Of a stretch of DNA of 64,000 nt, positions 58,266 to 64,000 are shown piece after piece. The notes beneath the pieces were generated by a model. The model worked only from the letters and a program-made list of their open reading frames with translations, made no database searches and was not told where the DNA came from. The stretch comes from an uncultured Thermoplasmata archaeon. GTDB lineage: Archaea; Thermoplasmatota; Thermoplasmata; UBA10834. Numbering within the stretch: position 1 is the first letter of the stretch; every line of letters starts with the position of its first letter. Both the position numbers and the translations under genes were made by a program. The DNA lies in contig CAVRDX010000001.1 of NCBI GenBank assembly GCA_963719945.1, positions 288,001 to 352,000 on the forward strand, read 5' to 3'.

Positions 58266-59641
58266 TCGGCATCGTCCTGGGTCGGGATGAAGAATTCCTT
58301 GTGTATTGCCATTATGGTCTTCTTGAGGTCCTTGTTGTCTACCGTGAAGTGATACGCTACCGTGGATGCTCCCGCTGAAATGAGGTCCACATTCACCTTC
58401 TTTGATGCGACCGCTTTGAATACTCTGGCTGCAACACCCTCGGTGTAGCCCAGACCTTCTCCGACTGTGCACACGAGCGCCACTCCTGGGGTTATCTCGA
58501 AGCTCTCCCCGACCCCACCGATGATGCTCTTGATCGCGTCTTTGGCCAGAGTCATCTGGCTCTCATCTATCAGAACGGCAACGCAGGTTTGGGATGTGGT
58601 CGCAGAGAATATGTTCACACCTTCGCTCGCGAGACAGTTCGTGATGTCAGATAGAAATCCTGACTTGTAGCCTGCTCCGGTATCGTACACCTTCAACGTG
58701 GCCACTTTGGGAAGATATGATACGCTCTTTATGACCTCCTTCTTTGTCTGCTTCCCATTTCCGATCGTGGTGCCTGGAGATTCTGGCGAGTAGAGGTTCT
58801 TGATTATTATCTCTATCCCTTTCAAACGTGCTGGCTGAACCGCCCGCGCGTGCAGTACCTGTGCTCCAAAGTACGCGAGTTCCGCAGCCTCCTCATATGA
58901 TAGTGATTCTATTGTGAACGACTCCTTCACGAGCTTCGGGTCCGCGCTCATGAACCCGTCCACTTCCTTCCAGATCTCAATGGGTTTCGCGTTTGTAGCG
59001 TATGCGATCACTGCAGCCGAATAATCCGTACCGCTTCTGCCAACGGTGGTGACATGGCCGTCCTGTGTCGTCCCGAAGAATCCGGTGACGACTGGAGTGA
59101 TTCCCTGTCGTATTGCGCTGTCGAGGCTGGCACCCATGTTCTTCTCGCATTGGTCCAATAGTGCCACAGCGTTCCCATGCTGGTCGTTGGTGATGAATCC
59201 GATGGCGTCGCTCTCCATTGCAATCGCATTGATCCCATCGTTCGTGAGCCTCGAAGCGACCACTATCGCCGAAAGCCTCTCCCCGAAACTGAGTATGAGG
59301 TCGTTGGTTCTTGGTGTGAGCTCCTCGGTATAAGTCACGCCGTACAACAACCTCTCGAGCTTGGTCATCTTCTCCTCGATGAGGTCGAGCGCCTCCTTCC
59401 TGACCTGCCCTTCCGTCTTCGGCAGCATGTCTATGTGCCTCATCCTCAGAGCCAGCAATAGGTCATCGATCTCCTTCTCCTGCCTCGGCCTGGAGACGAA
59501 TTCCTTGAGCGTATTCGTCACTCCAGCCGCGGCCGAAACCACCACAATCTTCGAATCTTTCTCCGATCGTACCACTTTAGATACTCTATCCAGGGAGTCC
59601 TCTGTTCCAAGGCACGTCCCTCCGAATTTCATGACCTTCAA
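58262..59641 (-). CDS. lysC: Aspartate kinase with two ACT domains
   Basis: VMKFGGT, VVVSA, GERLS, GRSGTDYSA, ADPK, EAAELAYFGA. Confidence 0.93.
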   Translation of the reverse strand: MKVMKFGGTCLGTEDSLDRVSKVVRSEKDSKIVVVSAAAGVTNTLKEFVSRPRQEKEIDDLLLALRMRHIDMLPKTEGQVRKEALDLIEEKMTKLERLLYGVTYTEELTPRTNDLILSFGERLSAIVVASRLTNDGINAIAMESDAIGFITNDQHGNAVALLDQCEKNMGASLDSAIRQGITPVVTGFFGTTQDGHVTTVGRSGTDYSAAVIAYATNAKPIEIWKEVDGFMSADPKLVKESFTIESLSYEEAAELAYFGAQVLHARAVQPARLKGIEIIIKNLYSPESPGTTIGNGKQTKKEVIKSVSYLPKVATLKVYDTGAGYKSGFLSDITNCLASEGVNIFSATTSQTCVAVLIDESQMTLAKDAIKSIIGGVGESFEITPGVALVCTVGEGLGYTEGVAARVFKAVASKKVNVDLISAGASTVAYHFTVDNKDLKKTIMAIHKEFFIPTQDDAD

Positions 59642-60414
59642 GGTCTCACCTCATGACTGCTACAACAACCTAAGTAAGCTGGAGATGCCATCCTGCTATG
59701 GACCGTCATCTTCTCTGGATTATGCTCCACTTCGACAATCTTCGGGAATCTGCCATGCATCGCGATGGCGTCTCTGAATTTGACGAACCCTCCGATGAAT
59801 CCTTCCATCCCTTTGAACGGGTCGAATACTGCGTTGAGCGTATCCTCGTCCGTGGCGCGGTTGCCCAATGCGGTCGCCAAAGCATCTGCGAGTATAGCCG
59901 AATCTGCCATCGCGACTGCAGCATCGGCATTTCCGAAACTGATCGAATGGCCAAGAGTTCCGCTGGAAGCACAGACACCAATGATCCTTGATGACGGTTC
60001 GAGCTCCATTGCGACGGCCGACTCCGATCCTGGTTCCCAGAATATCTCCATGGTCGCTGGCTTCTCGAGTATCAACGCGACATCCCCTCCATTATCGACC
60101 CAGCCATGCGAGCAACCTCTGCTCTCCATGGCCTCCATTGCCACCTGGGCGATAGTCCCAGCTACCGCAGACATGGGCCCGATTCCGGCGCGGGCAGAGG
60201 CATCGCACATCCGTGAGATGACTGGTCCATCATCCTCCTTCGGCGTGTATGGCTCGAGGGTCGTCATGAAGAACCGGTCTCTCCGTATCATGCGTTCGAT
60301 ATCCTTCCTCGCGCTCTTGATAGCATCCACCGCAGCCTCCACGTACTGCCCATCTGCTGCGATCGTGGCCGCAGTCTCTCCTATCTCTACCTTTGCGTGA
60401 ATAAATGCTCCCAT
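59638..60414 (-). CDS. UPF0280 ApbE-like protein (MA1715-like)
   Basis: GETAATI, GPMSAVAG, DNGGD, SSGTLGHSISFG.AD, ADALATALGN; ATG 60414 overlaps upstream TGA. Confidence 0.9.
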   Translation of the reverse strand: MGAFIHAKVEIGETAATIAADGQYVEAAVDAIKSARKDIERMIRRDRFFMTTLEPYTPKEDDGPVISRMCDASARAGIGPMSAVAGTIAQVAMEAMESRGCSHGWVDNGGDVALILEKPATMEIFWEPGSESAVAMELEPSSRIIGVCASSGTLGHSISFGNADAAVAMADSAILADALATALGNRATDEDTLNAVFDPFKGMEGFIGGFVKFRDAIAMHGRFPKIVEVEHNPEKMTVHSRMASPAYLGCCSSHEVRP

Positions 60415-60815
60415 CAGATCAGTATCTCCATGGCTCTCGGAGGGCAGGCGTCGATGCAGACTCCACAAGCGACGCACTTCTCTTCGTTGAAGCTGACCTT
60501 TCCAGATTTCGGGTCGATCGAAAGCGCCTTCGTAGGGCAGATCGAGACGCACATGCCACAGTGTGTGCATGCGTCGTCATCTCTCCTAACCCCCTCCTTT
60601 ATGGGTCTGACATTCACGCTGTTGTCCTTGAGATAGTCTATCCCCTTTCGGATGTCATCCGCCTTTCCAGACAGTTCAAGGACCATCTTCCCTCCTACTT
60701 CGTCTATCTCCGCCCTGAGTATGTTGACGAGCAGGTGGTACTTGGCAATCAGGTTGTGCGTGATCGGCTGGTTGGATGCTTCAGGGCTGAATGTGAGGAC
60801 GACCTTGGTCTTCAT
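60414..60815 (-). CDS. NIL domain-ferredoxin (MA1822/MJ0099-like), partner of aspartate-semialdehyde sulfurtransferase
   Basis: NIL motif (VNILRA), CTHCGMCVSICP and CVACGVCIDACP. Confidence 0.92.
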   Translation of the reverse strand: MKTKVVLTFSPEASNQPITHNLIAKYHLLVNILRAEIDEVGGKMVLELSGKADDIRKGIDYLKDNSVNVRPIKEGVRRDDDACTHCGMCVSICPTKALSIDPKSGKVSFNEEKCVACGVCIDACPPRAMEILI

Positions 60816-62023
60816 TGCATCGCCTCCCTCTCGGTACGAACATCAAGGTTCCTGAGGACCCTGTCCATGGGGAATCTCTGGATCGGTTCCTGGATCGCGA
60901 ACTCGCCTTTCATTATCCAGCTCTTGAGGATCTCAGATATCTGCTTCGCCTTATAGAGGCTCGAGAGCGAGGATGTCGGGACCTGCTTTCCTTTGATAGT
61001 GATCTCTCCTGATCTCAGGTCCGCATATGATACATCTCTGAGGACGGGCCTGTTCCTTGACTGCTGGGCATAGTCGAATACCGGCGCCTGTATCTCATCA
61101 TTCGTCACTGCACAGTATCTTGCCATCTCCTCATCGAGGATCGGTATCGGGATCCCAATACCAATTCCGAGGGAAGAGCCGTATCTGCTCAGTGTGAGCC
61201 CCCTAAGGAAGTCTGGTGTCATCTGCTTAAGGTCTCCAAGGACCGCAAGACTCCCAGCCGGCCTCTTCGGCACTCCGTTCGGTGTCCTGGGCGCTCCTGG
61301 ATTGAACTGTGTACCTTCCCATATCACATGTCCCTGGCTTCCACCAAGGAAGATCCTGGTTCCTATCCCGATCGTTCTATAGTATGGGTCGTTTATCAAT
61401 GGGGATATCTCACCAGCGCTGCTGAAAGTCGCGTTCCCGAACTCCGGCAAGAGCTTCCCCATATAGGTGTACATGGTCTTCGGTGACGAATTCGTGGCGA
61501 CAGCGTAGTTCTGATAGCAGTTTCGTACGTTCATCAGGACTGCCTGGTTGATCGTCTTGAGGCTGATGTATGTGTCAATCTCCTTCCTGGGGTAACAGTC
61601 CGTCCCGTAGCTGGTCGCCCTCAACCTCATTGCCTTGCCCCGCACGAGGTCCTCGATGACGTGCCCACCGCCATGGATCATGTTGTTCGTCTCGTCCAAG
61701 GCGGTTGCTCCAATGTACGCATCGACCGCCGCAAGTCCTGCCTGGGCGGGAATCCCGTCGATCCATATCTTCTGCATCTTGATCGGTGGGTCTGAATGCC
61801 CGAAGTTCAGGTATGCGCCGGACGAGCACATTGCTCCGAACGTGCCAGTCGTCACTACATCCACTTCTTTGGCGGCCTTCTTGATTCCGTTCGCTCGAAC
61901 GAATCCTTTGAACTCCTGGGCGGTCATCACGACTACGTCGCCGTCTGCTATCTTTTGATTTATCTCAGCATAGCTCTTGCTCGGGGAGTCCTGTTTCTTG
62001 CCGGACTTCTTTCCATCGCTCAG
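60812..62023 (-). CDS. Homocysteine biosynthesis protein / L-aspartate semialdehyde sulfurtransferase (MA1821/MJ0100-like, no CBS domains)
   Basis: KSYAEINQKI, VDVVTTGTFGAMCSSG, TDCYPR, RNCYQNY, IGIGTRIFLGG; frame extends upstream of GTG 61930 to a CTG at 62023. Confidence 0.92.
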   Translation of the reverse strand: MSDGKKSGKKQDSPSKSYAEINQKIADGDVVVMTAQEFKGFVRANGIKKAAKEVDVVTTGTFGAMCSSGAYLNFGHSDPPIKMQKIWIDGIPAQAGLAAVDAYIGATALDETNNMIHGGGHVIEDLVRGKAMRLRATSYGTDCYPRKEIDTYISLKTINQAVLMNVRNCYQNYAVATNSSPKTMYTYMGKLLPEFGNATFSSAGEISPLINDPYYRTIGIGTRIFLGGSQGHVIWEGTQFNPGAPRTPNGVPKRPAGSLAVLGDLKQMTPDFLRGLTLSRYGSSLGIGIGIPIPILDEEMARYCAVTNDEIQAPVFDYAQQSRNRPVLRDVSYADLRSGEITIKGKQVPTSSLSSLYKAKQISEILKSWIMKGEFAIQEPIQRFPMDRVLRNLDVRTEREAMQ

Positions 62024-63087
62024 ATTAGCCCCTCCCTGAATGCTAGCTCGGCGTTCAGGACGGATCCGCCGGCGCCGCCTCTCACCGTGTTGTGCACGAG
62101 GAGGAGGAATCTCAATCTGTCATTGTTGACCCTGATGCGGCCGATGCTGATCGCCATCCCCTTGGCCCTCTCGGGCTTCCCTGCGTCGCAATCGAGGACT
62201 GGCTGAGGACGGTCGGGTTCCTCCCTCACGATTATCGGCTGGATGGGCGCGCTCGGGAGCTCCAGCTCCTGCGGCCTCGCCCTGAAGCTTGAGAATGCCT
62301 TTGCTATCTTCTCCGCATCCGGCATGTTCCTGTCCTTGATGAAGACCGCCTCCAGGTGTCCGTCCCTTGTACAGACTCTTGCGCAGCTTGCTTCGATGCT
62401 CACTGGCGAGTCTCCGAACCTGCCGTTGCTGTATCCTCCGAGGATCTTCCTTCCCTCTGAGGACATCTTCTCCTCCTCACTCTTGATGTATGGCAGGACG
62501 TTGCCCAGGATGTCTATCGATGGGACTCCTGGATAGCCTGCACCTGATAGCGCTTGGTATGTTGTCACATACACTTCTGTGAATCTGAACGCATCAACGA
62601 GAGGTTTCAGGCCCAGAGCGAGACCGGTGACTGAACAATTGGCATTTGTCACGACGTACCCTCCCTTCTTTCTCCGCATCCTCTGCGCCTCGATGGATGC
62701 AAGGTGGTCCGGGTTGATCTCAGGGACCAGTATGGGTGTGTCGATATCCATCCTATGCGACGATGCGTTCGAGAATACTGCCATGCCCTCCTCAGCGCAT
62801 GCGTCCTCCACCGGGCCCGCGACTTCTGAAGGAAGACCACTGAATATGACCTCTATGCCTTCCTTGGCCAGAGCCTTGGCATCCGTAGTCTGGATCTTGC
62901 GCCTTCCAAGATCTTCATCCATGTCGATGTCGAAGAGCTTCCACACGTTGGCGAGGGTCTTCCCTTCAGATCTGTCGGAAGCGCAGTAGGCGGCCACCTC
63001 GAAATAGGGGTGCATATGGAGCATGTGAGCGAATCTCTGTCCGATCATTCCGCTTGAACCCAGTATTGCTGCCCTCTTCTTCTCCAT
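62020..63087 (-). CDS. asd: Aspartate-semialdehyde dehydrogenase
   Basis: LGSSGMIGQ, SNAS, PEINP, NANCS, QALSGAG, EEEKM, HNTVRGGAGG. Confidence 0.96.
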   Translation of the reverse strand: MEKKRAAILGSSGMIGQRFAHMLHMHPYFEVAAYCASDRSEGKTLANVWKLFDIDMDEDLGRRKIQTTDAKALAKEGIEVIFSGLPSEVAGPVEDACAEEGMAVFSNASSHRMDIDTPILVPEINPDHLASIEAQRMRRKKGGYVVTNANCSVTGLALGLKPLVDAFRFTEVYVTTYQALSGAGYPGVPSIDILGNVLPYIKSEEEKMSSEGRKILGGYSNGRFGDSPVSIEASCARVCTRDGHLEAVFIKDRNMPDAEKIAKAFSSFRARPQELELPSAPIQPIIVREEPDRPQPVLDCDAGKPERAKGMAISIGRIRVNNDRLRFLLLVHNTVRGGAGGSVLNAELAFREGLI

Positions 63088-63092
63088 GTGTC

Positions 63093-64000
63093 TCAGTCCT
63101 CCGTGTATTCCTTCACTGAATGCATCAACTTGATGAATTCATCGTGTTCTTTTTCGATTGCCGCATTCTTGATCTTGCCCAGGTTGCTCTCCATGAGGTC
63201 GAGCATCTCCTTCGTCCTGGGGTTGAGTGTCTGAATATCGTGATATACCCGTCGGCTTTCTCCCGATACATCCTTTGCCAGCGCAGCCAGTTTCGCGAAG
63301 GAAGTCCCCTGCACGTTCTGCAGCTCCGCAAAAGACATTCCTGACGATGCGAGAGTTGCGCCGAACAACAGTCCGGTCACATGGGATAGGCCGAGTATGT
63401 ACGCCATCATCTGATCGTGCTCCTCAAGGTATAGCCGTATGACTTTCGCTCCTGCGGATTCGAACATCTCCCTGGCCTCTTCGGTGGCTTGTTTCGATCC
63501 GCAGTCGCATACTACCACGTTCATGCCTTTCGCAGAAGGTGCCCCAGGTCCGAACATCGGGTGGATGCTTGTGATCTTCAACCCATCGGCAGCAGCGAGT
63601 CTCAATATGCCCGCTATATGTGATTTTATGCTGCAGATATCGAGGATGAGCCCAGAAGGACGTGCCGATACTACTCTCCGCAGGTCGTCTGGACACAGAC
63701 CAAGCGGGCTCGCCACGATTATGATGTCGCTGCTATTGATTGCCTGGTCAAGCAACCTCACATTCGAGTAGCCCTTCAGCCGCCCTCGGGGGTCCCAGAC
63801 CTTCACTTCCGCACCTCTATTCGACAGGAACCTGCACATCCACTCCCCCATCTTGCCTGATCCTCCGACTACGATGGCCTTCTTGCCATCCAGTCCCTCC
63901 CGTCTTACTCTCTTCTGCACATTGACGGAATCGGCTATCAGGAGTCGTGAGATCTCCTTCGTGATGTCCTTGTCCGCGTTGAGTGACTTTGCCAGCGCGG
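63093..64000 (-). CDS. tyrA: Prephenate dehydrogenase, probably fused to an N-terminal chorismate mutase (5' end outside window)
   Basis: VGGSGKMG, DICSIK, SIHPMFGP, EHDQMMAYILGLSH; frame open to the window edge (ALAKSLNADKDITKEISRLLIADSVNVQ). Confidence 0.88.
   Translation of the reverse strand, partial: ALAKSLNADKDITKEISRLLIADSVNVQKRVRREGLDGKKAIVVGGSGKMGEWMCRFLSNRGAEVKVWDPRGRLKGYSNVRLLDQAINSSDIIIVASPLGLCPDDLRRVVSARPSGLILDICSIKSHIAGILRLAAADGLKITSIHPMFGPGAPSAKGMNVVVCDCGSKQATEEAREMFESAGAKVIRLYLEEHDQMMAYILGLSHVTGLLFGATLASSGMSFAELQNVQGTSFAKLAALAKDVSGESRRVYHDIQTLNPRTKEMLDLMESNLGKIKNAAIEKEHDEFIKLMHSVKEYTED

Noticed and set aside
1-64000. CRISPR arrays, rRNA, IS elements, integrases, proviral genes
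   Set aside because: No regularly spaced repeats or recognisable signatures found by eye

Overview
Archaeal chromosomal window, most consistent with an uncultured anaerobic Thermoplasmata lineage (inferred from dph5, trm5, Rad50/Mre11, M42 TET peptidase, TATA-type promoters, a TaHeR-like heliorhodopsin and Thermoplasmata-style surface proteins). It holds about 55 CDS, one tRNA-Gly(GCC) and two disrupted genes; I found no rRNA, CRISPR array, integrase or transposase. Housekeeping content includes valS 3' end, two DEAD-box helicases, folC, rad50/mre11, dcd, gcvH, five peptidases and an asd-homocysteine synthase-aspartokinase operon. The most notable elements are: (1) an ECF transporter operon (37.8-44.2 kb) carrying five extracellular copies of a mostly Cys-less sulfite-oxidase/MsrP molybdopterin-binding-like fold plus a metallophosphoesterase, preceded by a ModE-box-like palindrome, a candidate Mo/W-pterin cofactor scavenging system; (2) a Rab-like small GTPase directly followed by a 1,400-aa cadherin/Ig-repeat single-pass protein whose cytoplasmic tail has longin-domain topology, a candidate eukaryote-like receptor-GTPase module outside Asgard archaea; (3) a pyrrolysine-free MtmB homologue with its corrinoid protein behind an SD-occluding leader; (4) a heliorhodopsin; (5) a degenerate FtsZ paralogue. 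All family calls are by motif recognition from memory, without database searches.
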